Assembly: GCA_963674825.1 (NCBI GenBank)
Contig: OY771587.1
Span: 3,829,011 to 3,893,010 of the forward strand
Direction: 5' to 3'
DNA: 64,000 nucleotides
Source: Candidatus Cloacimonadales bacterium
GTDB lineage: Bacteria > Cloacimonadota > Cloacimonadia > Cloacimonadales > JAIOQZ01
Shown here: in pieces, positions 50,401 to 57,672 of the stretch
How the letters are laid out: every line of letters starts with the position of its first letter
Numbering within the stretch: position 1 is the first letter of the stretch
Made by a program: the position numbers and the translations under genes
The notes under the pieces: model-generated
The model's database searches: none
What the model was told of the DNA's origin: nothing
Seen by the model: the letters and a program-made list of their open reading frames with translations, nothing else

Positions 50401-50786
50401 GTGAAAAACTGCCAGTTTCCGTAATCGATGTTCCCTTCACGCTCAAGGATTAGTCGGAAACGATAGGTTGTTCCTGGCAATAAATCGTAAACGACAGCCG
50501 TTATAGTCCGTGTTGTACTGCTCTGATACACATGGGGTTCCGCATCGAAGTACATGACATGTGACTCTCCAGATGCGTTAATGCAGCATTCAAAGTAAGC
50601 CTCCCACGGATTAGTATTTGACGTAACTGCAGTCCCCCTGAGTAAAGCTCCAAAATTCGTGATACACTGTGCGTTTTGCGTTACAGCGTTGACGCGGTAC
50701 TCCAATGCATCTTTTTGTTCCTGTGCGTTGATTGATATTGAGATCATGAGAAAAAGAATCAGGAAAAACAGATAGATTTTCTTCAT
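47478..50786 (-). CDS. Large secreted T9SS cargo protein with PKD and FN3-like domains; ORF-track start 50867, real start likely MKKIYLFF at ~50786
   Basis: GGAGG RBS before the internal ATG. Signal peptide. PKD WDFGDGTTGTGGMVTHTYSSPGWYSVTMNITG. CTD YPNPFNPVTTIEYSL...MFDLKGRKV...GVYFIRM...RKVMLLK. Confidence 0.75.
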   Translation of the reverse strand: MKKIYLFFLILFLMISISINAQEQKDALEYRVNAVTQNAQCITNFGALLRGTAVTSNTNPWEAYFECCINASGESHVMYFDAEPHVYQSSTTRTITAVVYDLLPGTTYRFRLILEREGNIDYGNWQFFTTLNTKAQLTEGFEWTWPPKGWILATKVNNILWGKVSHYMSPAFEGWMGGDWNFPAGVDMGDYSAYCTYTTISRYNWTSQWLISPQLENVQVGDTISFWYGNAYRNFREYIEIRLSTTDNDTLSFTTLIDTFKYARSGVEEPATTLAHWRYESYDLSPWAGQDVYIAIKESESSWYDVRANMVDNFSYKGRMPQYGFSVDTNEAYVNQPIHFQAAGTPYSASWDFGDGTTGTGGMVTHTYSSPGWYSVTMNITGLDGNPYTMTRPSIVHVTSSACSFSGSPGLDRDALLPGETCVPLIKFNVKNQEYITQYLTGLTVNLTCTDMADVTSIKLYTNTTNSLPGATLLDSQDPASTLTYTLDSAIGGGATRYLWVTADISSNATIGNAIMASIPVNGASAGGNTYPFIAIAPNTPWIITDYVATLPENGTFANSATELVWTISQGSSFDGFLFNIQVDDDPTFASPEIDCVQSREYSYSQGISGLTGYESLVDGNTYYWRVMAITDYGTGNYTDGTNYFVWDSTNQPPEIPAGTFSPSQGVEVTTLNPVFAWSYATDPDDSVTDIKYRIRIATDSGMNNVILGEWTNPGQNLYQFSESLDDATDYYWQVRSADPADLRSAFSVVQHFRTNTAPVTATLPSPLTPPAGGGAQTFSTYGSTVASVNWESGDLPESLNLDYVAGYQYPTIDESETIVNRYWMFDATGGSSWQAKVRLYYSDSDLGPLAADEALLKILKTDNSGQAWDAVTITGRNTDENWIEGRFSSFSDVILTGPETTLPIQLSSFTGAFTTDGLVTLNWITQSECGVLGYRILRSENELLAEAFNMTPELISATGATSTYEYEWTDLEVEGQETLWYWLESIDYDATSNFFGPIRVTLNGEEDPDETPDATWATEFVGTYPNPFNPVTTIEYSLKQDELVTFEMFDLKGRKVDQIKQNGCKGSNSLSWNADDMATGVYFIRMTAMGMQEVRKVMLLK

Positions 50787-50843
50787 CGTATCCTCCAGAA
50801 AAATCATGTGCCATGGATGGCATTCATTTCTCAGAATGTAAAT

Positions 50844-50890
50844 AAAAAAAAACCACCACATCGTCATGAAATGTGGTGGTTAAAAAAACG
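50844..50890 (-). terminator. Rho-independent (bidirectional-looking) terminator after ptb
   Basis: A9-CCACCACAT-cgtcatgaa-ATGTGGTGG-TTAAAAAAA. Confidence 0.6.
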
Positions 50891-50893
50891 AGT

Positions 50894-51796
50894 TTATGAC
50901 ATAATCGCAGCCAATGCGATCGAATAGAGTTTCGTTTTCTCGCTATCGCCACGTGAACTGAGAATCGCTGGCTTTGCTGCACCTGTAACGATTGCTGCCA
51001 ACTCCGCTCCAGCAAGCTTGGTCATTGATTTGTAGAAGATATTGCCACAATGAATATCTGGAAACACCATGCAATCAACATCCCCAGCGACTTCACTCTC
51101 GATACCCTTTATCTCGCAACTTTCTTTATCAACTGCAACATCCAGCGCGAGTGGTCCATCGACCTTAGCACCCTTGATCTGTCCGCGATCTGCCATCTTG
51201 GAGATGATGGCTGCATCGACACAAGCCACCATTTTGGGGTTGGCTTTCTCAGTCGCAGCTAATAGAGCTACCTTAGGAGTCTCGATTCCAATCGAGTGAG
51301 CAGCTTTGATCAGATATTTGGTGATCGCAATCTTTTGACTTAAATCCGGAACTGGGATAATCGCCACATCACCCACGATCAGCAGTTTATGGTACGCAGG
51401 GGGTTCGATGATGGTTAGATGAGAAAGTGTCGCTCCCGGTGGGAGCAGTCCGAACTGTTTGTTGAGGATTGCCCGCATGTATTTGTCGGTTGCAATCAGG
51501 CCTTTCATGATGAGATCAGCCTTACCTTCGTTGATTAGCTTGACAGCAGTGTAACCCGCTTCCTGTTCATCTGGTTCATGTACAATCTCGAATAAATCCG
51601 GATCGATTGAATTTTTAGCGCAAAGCGCAATGATTTTTTCCCTGTCACCGACCATGGTGGCATCCACGATCTTGCGTTGGACTGCTTCGTGAACCGCGCC
51701 GATCGTATTCGGATCCTGTGCATAGGCGACAACCATTCGCTTTCTGGGTTGGTTTTGTGATAATGTGATAAGATCATCCAGGACTTTGACTTGCAT
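50894..51796 (-). CDS. Phosphate butyryltransferase/phosphotransacetylase family (Ptb-like); start chosen at MQVKVLDD
   Basis: GGGAGG RBS before the internal ATG (~51796). ~300 aa, ...RMVVAYAQDPNTIGAV...LIMKGLI...; the ORF-track start would overlap the neighbouring gene. Confidence 0.7.
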   Translation of the reverse strand: MQVKVLDDLITLSQNQPRKRMVVAYAQDPNTIGAVHEAVQRKIVDATMVGDREKIIALCAKNSIDPDLFEIVHEPDEQEAGYTAVKLINEGKADLIMKGLIATDKYMRAILNKQFGLLPPGATLSHLTIIEPPAYHKLLIVGDVAIIPVPDLSQKIAITKYLIKAAHSIGIETPKVALLAATEKANPKMVACVDAAIISKMADRGQIKGAKVDGPLALDVAVDKESCEIKGIESEVAGDVDCMVFPDIHCGNIFYKSMTKLAGAELAAIVTGAAKPAILSSRGDSEKTKLYSIALAAIMS

Positions 51797-51941
51797 TTTA
51801 CCTCCCGAAAATATGTCCATTCGCACTTTATTCTCTGGACAATGGACAGGTGTCAAGTAATTCTTGGTAAATGAGTTGATTTTCGTTGCCAATTTAATTC
51901 CATGGCAATATCTTATCGAAAAACGATGTAGAGGAAGTCGG

Positions 51942-52412
51942 ATGTTTTACCGTGTCTTGCTGCTGATCCTGATACTATCAACCGTCATCTTTGCGGAAGA
52001 GGACGGAGTGGATCTGCGTGATTTCGACCTTCAACAGGCCACGCTAAAATCAGAACTGGTTATTGAAGGTGAAATCGTTCATCTGAATGGACATTTATTT
52101 ACAGGCATAGCATATAGCGTTTACTCAGAATCGCACCCCAGCACTATCTGCCAGTATCGCGAAGGGCTTAAGAACGGCTACGAGCTGAACTACTATCCGG
52201 ACGGATCAATGGAGCTCGAGGCCTCCTACAGTAATGGAATGCTGAACGGAAGATTTCGAGGCTGGGATGAATCTGGTGAGCTGCTCTACGACTTATGGTT
52301 TGATAACGGTATGATGAAGCGTGATTTGATGCTTGATAACCGTATGGACGATCTGATCGATCAAGAAGATGATGCTATCGACGCCGATGGCAAAGACATG
52401 AAAGAAGATTAG
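51942..52412 (+). CDS. MORN-repeat (MORN_2/YwqK-like) protein with signal peptide
   Basis: GAGGAAG RBS. Repeats GLKNGYELNYYPDGSMELEASYSNGMLNGRFRGWDESGELLY. Confidence 0.6.
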   Translation: MFYRVLLLILILSTVIFAEEDGVDLRDFDLQQATLKSELVIEGEIVHLNGHLFTGIAYSVYSESHPSTICQYREGLKNGYELNYYPDGSMELEASYSNGMLNGRFRGWDESGELLYDLWFDNGMMKRDLMLDNRMDDLIDQEDDAIDADGKDMKED

Positions 52413-52429
52413 CGTTCAATCACAGGATA

Positions 52430-52798
52430 TTACTTCAAACGGCGAAGTGTCTCCGTACCTTTCATTACATTGTTATCCCAACTGATATTCATGGTATTGT
52501 CGGAGAAATCCAAAGTTCTACAACGTACTGTGAACTTCGTGGATGGGATGTAGTAGCTCCAGCGAAGCACTCCGAGCTCAAAGGTCGATTCAAGAATGAC
52601 AAGCTCTTCGCGATCGTCCATATCCTTCGCAGCAGTTACAGCGATCACGCCATCCTTGTTCTCGAGCGTGAACCGAATATTCGTCTGTGGATCAATCCAC
52701 TGTCCGGTGTTCGGCATACGTACAGACTCTGGTGGTGTTTTGGCCGCGCAACCAGACAGAATTATCACGATAATCATGATTATCAGGGTGTTCTTCAT
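52430..52798 (-). CDS. Small lipoprotein, hypothetical (start chosen at MKNTLIIM)
   Basis: Lipobox ILSGCAAKT. Confidence 0.45.
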   Translation of the reverse strand: MKNTLIIMIIVIILSGCAAKTPPESVRMPNTGQWIDPQTNIRFTLENKDGVIAVTAAKDMDDREELVILESTFELGVLRWSYYIPSTKFTVRCRTLDFSDNTMNISWDNNVMKGTETLRRLK

Positions 52799-52914
52799 GG
52801 ATACAGAATGTTTGCACCCTGATGAATTTGTCAATGAGTAAATCTCATACTGGAATGAAACGTGCATCGTTATATAAGAGTATAGATTATACTGAACCGA
52901 GGAGAGAGAGGAAA

Positions 52915-55557
52915 ATGAGGAGTACTATCACCATACTGCTGCTGAGCATAACATTTGCTCTGCTGGCAATGCCGGTCGACCAGACTCGTGGTCTGGAAGC
53001 CGCTCAGCAATTTTTGCAGCTTAGAAATCAGAATACCCGTATAGAGCAAACGATCTCGCTGGGTGACAGAAACCAGCAGACTGCATACGTATATCAACTG
53101 GAATCGCCGGGCTTCATCATTGTCCCCATGGACGACCTGATGCCGCCCGTTCTGGCTTATTCCTTCAAGCATTCCTTCGAAAATGATCCCGAGAATCCAT
53201 TGATCGAGATGATTAATACGGATATCTCATACCGCCTGGCGTGGTTCGCTTTGCAGGGTGTTCAAACAGCCGATCCCAAGTGGGAAGAGCTCATGAGTGA
53301 CACCCGTCCCGATCGTGACTTCCAGCAATGGCCTGCCGATGGCTCTACGATCACCGATGGCTGGATGTTAACCCGCTGGAACCAGTCTGGTGTTTACAAC
53401 AACATGTGTCCGCTGGATTCCGGTGGCGAGCGCTCCGTAGTTGGCTGCGTCGCAACTGCGATGTCCATGCTCATTTACTATCATCAGCATATCGGTAACG
53501 TATCGTTCGATCAATCAGACTCGTACCTTTCAGGCTGGTGGGACGGCATCCACATAGACGGTGACCACGAAGAAAACGACTTTCCGTCGTTCGAGGAACT
53601 AAACGGCTACCTCGATACGCTTGGCGAACATATTGACGCAGGCATGGCTTGGACGGATCAGGATTACGCAGCGCTCAACTTCGCTGCTGGAATCAGCGTT
53701 CAGATGTCCTATTCATCGACGGGCAGCGGTAGCTGGACCGAGCTTGTCGCTGACGCTTTGCCCTACAAATTTGGTTACAGTTCTGCTTCCTGGATGGATT
53801 GGAATGGACAGCTGCTCAGCGTGCTCGCAAATGAGATGATGCTGGCACGTCCAACCGAGCTTTCGATCAACACACCGGATTACGATGCCGGACACGCAAT
53901 CAACTGCGACGGCTACAACACGGACGATTTCTATCATCTCAACTTCGGTTGGGGATCTTCAGACAGCTCCTGCTGGTACGTACTTCCCGAAGGAATGCCC
54001 AGCGGATACGCCATCATCTCCGGAATGGCGTACAATATCGAAGACGATAACGCACCTGTAGGAATCTCAGGAACAGTCAGCGTCGAGGGCGGATCGCCCA
54101 ATGGCGCTTACATCCGCTTCGAAAGCGAAAACTATGACTTTGAAGCTTTCATAGACAACGAAAGCGGCTCTTACGAAATCCCAGCGATATTCCCTGGAAC
54201 CTACACGGCTATCGCAACACTTGGCGACCGCGTTCACTATGACCAGTTCGAAGTTATCATCGACGAGAACACCTCTTCGATCGACTTCAATCTGGCCAAT
54301 TACGAAGCCCTGACCGGCAATATCACCGCGGATGTCTCAACCGATGGCGCTGGCATATGCCTTTATCAGGATGGAGTGCTTATCGAAGCATCGTACGCTG
54401 ACGAAAACGGCGCGTTCAGCTTCCCGGACATCCTGCCAGGCAACTACACTCTCGCAGCAAGCGCTGGCGGCGGATACTTCGGCACAACCGATTTCACCGT
54501 GACTGCTGACGACCAGGACACCGACCTCGAACTTACACTTCGCGACGGCACGATTGGCGCAGGATTCAGTCAGGCTCCGGACGATATCTTCTCGATTGGA
54601 ATCGATTACTCGCTTCGCTGTGGTATCAAGCTCGATGAAGAAGAACTGAGCGCATTCGAAGGTCAGGCACTGCGTGGCGTACGCTTCAAATCGCCCATCT
54701 CCAGCGATGAGGGCGAAATCACCGCTCAAATCTGGATGGGCAATCAATTGATCGCTGAGAAGGAACTGGCGGAATTCGAATCGGGCGAGTGGCTTGACGT
54801 AGAGCTCGTTCCCTATGCACTCATCGACCCAACCAAGGTATATTACGTAGGATACGATATACACGCCACCTCCGGAGATCTCGCGTGGCACGACGCTGGA
54901 CCACGTCTTTCCGGAAATGGCGCGTTCATTAATTCCACTACCTGGACTGAGCTGGCGACAAGCCAGAACTTCAATTTCTGTATCGATGCTATCATCACAG
55001 CCGTCGATTACGGTACGATCACCGGACAGATCACCTTCGACGATACCCGTTCGATCTCGGATGTCGTGGTACATGCTGGTGAATACGTAGCACATGCCGA
55101 CGACACCGGTTTTTACTCGATGCACCTTCCCGAAGGCACTTATTCCGTGACCGCGTACTACACCGACTCTGATCCGGTGATACTGGAGGAAGTTGAGGTT
55201 GTGGCAGGCGAGACAATCGGCGATGTGGATTTCACCATTGACGCACCGCAAGCGAACGATCCGCAGGACATGCCGCAGTTTGTAACGGAACTCGTGGGCA
55301 ATCACCCCAATCCGTTCAACCCGGAGACCCGCATCGACTTCAGTCTGGCGACTGCTTCGCAGATCAGCCTGGATGTCTATAACATCAAGGGGCAGAAGAT
55401 CAAGACTCTCGCCAATACTCACATGAACGAAGGTAATCACTCGCTCGTATGGCACGGAGATAACGACGCAGGTAAATCCATGTCGTCAGGCATTTATTTC
55501 TACAGACTCCAGACACCGCACCAGACCTTCGTCCGCAAGATGATGTTACTCAAATAG
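52915..55557 (+). CDS. Peptidase C10 (streptopain/SpeB-like) cysteine protease with carboxypeptidase-regulatory-like domains and T9SS C-terminal sorting domain
   Basis: GGAGAGAGAGG RBS before the internal ATG. Signal peptide MRSTITILLLSITFALLA. C10 catalytic-Cys context VVGCVATAMSMLIYYHQ (SpeB GCVATA). CTD HPNPFNPETRIDFSL...VYNIKGQKI...GIYFYRL...RKMMLLK. Confidence 0.75.
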   Translation: MRSTITILLLSITFALLAMPVDQTRGLEAAQQFLQLRNQNTRIEQTISLGDRNQQTAYVYQLESPGFIIVPMDDLMPPVLAYSFKHSFENDPENPLIEMINTDISYRLAWFALQGVQTADPKWEELMSDTRPDRDFQQWPADGSTITDGWMLTRWNQSGVYNNMCPLDSGGERSVVGCVATAMSMLIYYHQHIGNVSFDQSDSYLSGWWDGIHIDGDHEENDFPSFEELNGYLDTLGEHIDAGMAWTDQDYAALNFAAGISVQMSYSSTGSGSWTELVADALPYKFGYSSASWMDWNGQLLSVLANEMMLARPTELSINTPDYDAGHAINCDGYNTDDFYHLNFGWGSSDSSCWYVLPEGMPSGYAIISGMAYNIEDDNAPVGISGTVSVEGGSPNGAYIRFESENYDFEAFIDNESGSYEIPAIFPGTYTAIATLGDRVHYDQFEVIIDENTSSIDFNLANYEALTGNITADVSTDGAGICLYQDGVLIEASYADENGAFSFPDILPGNYTLAASAGGGYFGTTDFTVTADDQDTDLELTLRDGTIGAGFSQAPDDIFSIGIDYSLRCGIKLDEEELSAFEGQALRGVRFKSPISSDEGEITAQIWMGNQLIAEKELAEFESGEWLDVELVPYALIDPTKVYYVGYDIHATSGDLAWHDAGPRLSGNGAFINSTTWTELATSQNFNFCIDAIITAVDYGTITGQITFDDTRSISDVVVHAGEYVAHADDTGFYSMHLPEGTYSVTAYYTDSDPVILEEVEVVAGETIGDVDFTIDAPQANDPQDMPQFVTELVGNHPNPFNPETRIDFSLATASQISLDVYNIKGQKIKTLANTHMNEGNHSLVWHGDNDAGKSMSSGIYFYRLQTPHQTFVRKMMLLK

Positions 55558-55753
55558 CATTTTCGGCTTTTACGTAGTAAAAACGAAAAGGTCGAACGAA
55601 AGCCTTTTTCGGTTCTCGCGAAGTGAGAACGAAAACATGAGCGTTGTGAATTTGCGCAGCGAATTCATGTTAGCGGAGATATTTTCGACAATCTCCTTTC
55701 GCGTAGCGAAATAGCGAGAGTGGATGTAGGCTTTTACGTAGTAAAAACGAAAT
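55558..55753. repeat. Right (inverted) copy of the hairpin-rich repeat, starting immediately after the stop of the C10 peptidase gene
   Basis: Reverse complement matches 45470..45740 minus one internal unit. The last codons plus element (TTACTCAAATAG-CATTTTCGGCTTTTACGTAGTAAAAACGAAAAGG) are identical at both gene 3' ends. Confidence 0.8.
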
Positions 55754-55765
55754 AGAAGAGACATA

Positions 55766-55800
55766 AAAGCCACCGTCCTGATCGACGGTGGCTTCTTTTC
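55766..55800 (+). terminator. Rho-independent terminator after the repeat element
   Basis: AAGCCACCGTC-ctgatc-GACGGTGGCTT then CTTTTC. Confidence 0.55.
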
Positions 55801-55953
55801 TGGCAATGGATGTTACAATTTCCTATTACAATTCAATTATTGCAATGCTCACCCCTCATTATGTACTGATCCCGAAGAATGAATGTAAATCAGTTGACAG
55901 ATTCACGATAATTTTCAGCTTTGTAATATAAAGCATTCAGTTGGTGGGAGATT

Positions 55954-56577
55954 ATGGACGCTTATTTCAATATTATCAGACAAAAATTGACTTGCTGGAG
56001 AGGCGATCGCCCATTCCTCATCGCGATCGACGGTGTGGATTGCGCCGGCAAGACTACCTTCGCGAAAAAGCTGTCAGACTTCCTGCAATTGTCCGGTTAT
56101 CATGTGATTCTGGCATGCGTCGATTGCTTCCACAATCCCCGCGAAATACGTTACCGGAACGGCTCTACACCCGAGTCCTATTACCATGACTCCTTCGACT
56201 ACAACGCGCTCAAGCACGTCCTGCTCGATCCGCTGCGTCTCGCCGGTTCTCGATACTATAAAACCGCAGTTTTCGATCACCTGACTGACCGCGAGGTTTA
56301 TCAGGAGTGGCAAACCGCACCCGATGACGCGATACTGGTGTTCGAGGGCGTCTTTCTGCATCGGCAAGAGCTTTGCGAATATTGGGACTACTCCATCTTC
56401 CTCGAAGTTCCGCAGGAGACTGCCATCCAGCGTGCACGCGAACGGGATTGCCATCTGTACGGCTCGCCGGAAGAAGTGGAACGCCAGTACCGCGAGAAAT
56501 ACATCCCCGGCCAGCAGATATACATTAAGTCCGCTCACCCCAAGTACCATGCGAATCTGGTGATTGAAATCGATTGA
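55954..56577 (+). CDS. Uridine kinase/phosphoribulokinase-family P-loop nucleoside kinase (Udk-like)
   Basis: Walker A IAIDGVDCAGKTTFAKKL. A TTGACA -35-like box lies ~60 nt upstream. Confidence 0.7.
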   Translation: MDAYFNIIRQKLTCWRGDRPFLIAIDGVDCAGKTTFAKKLSDFLQLSGYHVILACVDCFHNPREIRYRNGSTPESYYHDSFDYNALKHVLLDPLRLAGSRYYKTAVFDHLTDREVYQEWQTAPDDAILVFEGVFLHRQELCEYWDYSIFLEVPQETAIQRARERDCHLYGSPEEVERQYREKYIPGQQIYIKSAHPKYHANLVIEID

Positions 56578-56789
56578 CGCCTTCTTAGGATAGAGTGGTA
56601 AAACAGGACAGTCACAAGGATCTTGCCCTACAAGAGACCACTGCTGTGTCATGCTAAGCGGAGTCGAAGCACGATAAAGCGAGAAAGGGCAATCACGGTG
56701 GATTGCCCCTACATCACCCTGGGTACGCGGACGTCCTGTAGGTTTTCGCTCCGAAAACCTGGTATCTTCAAGCGTCTGCATCCCTTTTC

Positions 56790-56990
56790 CTCGGATCGCC
56801 AAGCCCCTGTGATTTATCAGACATAGTCTGATAAATCGAATCTTCCAAATCTTGGCATCTCTTTCTCTATGGATCGCCAAGCCCCAGCTTGGCATTCCCT
56901 TCCCTTCTCCAATTATCCATAGTAACCCATGAAATCAACATTCGGAAGAGTCTCATTTCATTCGACACATTCAGAAGATGATTTCATGGG
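56790..56990. other. Structured non-coding region: two copies of GGATCGCCAAGCCCC...CTTGGCAT, a perfect 12-bp palindrome, and a 12-bp inverted-repeat pair
   Basis: GATTTATCAGAC-ata-GTCTGATAAATC at ~56811..56837. CCCATGAAATCA (56926) paired with TGATTTCATGGG (56979). Only a spurious minus ORF (56074..56895) covers it. Confidence 0.35.
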
Positions 56991-57108
56991 ATACGCGATA
57001 AATTCCCCCACTCATGACAACCTTTCATGATGATTATAAACAGATTTTTCTTAATTGCATTGACAACCTTCTCAGCCATTCCTATTATTCGGTAACATCT
57101 CAGGGGGT

Positions 57109-57669
57109 ATGATTATGCTAACAGCTTTCTGGATTACGGCTCTCAGCGGATCACTGGCCGCGCTCATACAGATGATTCTGTTGTTGTTCGGCATCGGTGA
57201 TTCGGACATGGACGTAGATGTCGATGCCGACGTGGATACCGATATCGATGTGGGCATTGATTTCCCTATATTCACGATCAAATCGCTCATCGGTTTCATC
57301 GGTGGATTCGGCTGGGGTGGCCTGATCGGCTATCACCGAGGATATTCAGGAACCATGCAGGTCGTGCTCGCATTCATTATCGGTATCGTATTCGCGCTGC
57401 TGGTATCGACGTTGCTCTTCCTGCTCAGCAAACTCAAATCGAGTGGCAATCTGAACCTGAACAACGCGATTGGTAAGATCGGCGATGTCTATCTGCAAAT
57501 CCCCGCGAAGGGCGATGGTACCGGCATCGTGAATGTCATCGTGCAGGAATCGCTGCGCGAGCTGAAGGCTATCAGCCAGGGCGACGCCATCGCGACCGGC
57601 GAGAAGGTCAGGGTGACAGGGATCGTCGGCAACACGCTTGTAGTTGAATCGATCAAGAATAAGGAGTAA
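57109..57669 (+). CDS. NfeD-family membrane protein (short YuaF-like form with C-terminal OB-fold)
   Basis: GGGGG RBS. N-terminal TM helices. C-terminal GKIGDVYLQIPAKGDGTGIVNVIVQESLRELKAIS...GEKVRVTGIVGNTLVVE. Confidence 0.75.
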   Translation: MIMLTAFWITALSGSLAALIQMILLLFGIGDSDMDVDVDADVDTDIDVGIDFPIFTIKSLIGFIGGFGWGGLIGYHRGYSGTMQVVLAFIIGIVFALLVSTLLFLLSKLKSSGNLNLNNAIGKIGDVYLQIPAKGDGTGIVNVIVQESLRELKAISQGDAIATGEKVRVTGIVGNTLVVESIKNKE

Positions 57670-57672
57670 TTT

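Noticed and set aside
51864-51941. Longer N-terminal extensions given by the ORF track for several genes (51864 for the MORN protein, 52822 for the C10 peptidase, 50867 for the PKD protein, 32456 for the MCP, 22170 for lipoprotein 1, 17892 for CheW)
   Set aside because: Internal ATGs with good Shine-Dalgarno sequences, followed directly by signal peptides or conserved N-termini, are better starts. The extensions overlap neighbouring genes or lack an RBS.
55620-55700. 25-aa ORF (MSVVNLRSEFMLAEIFSTISFRVAK) inside the repeat element, present in both copies
   Set aside because: No convincing RBS. It is conserved only because the whole element is duplicated, and it lies within predicted hairpins.
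56074-56895. 273-aa minus-strand ORF
   Set aside because: It overlaps the P-loop kinase gene (55954..56577), which has a clear Walker A motif, on the opposite strand. Its remaining part covers a repeat and palindrome-rich non-coding block. No RBS or motif was found.
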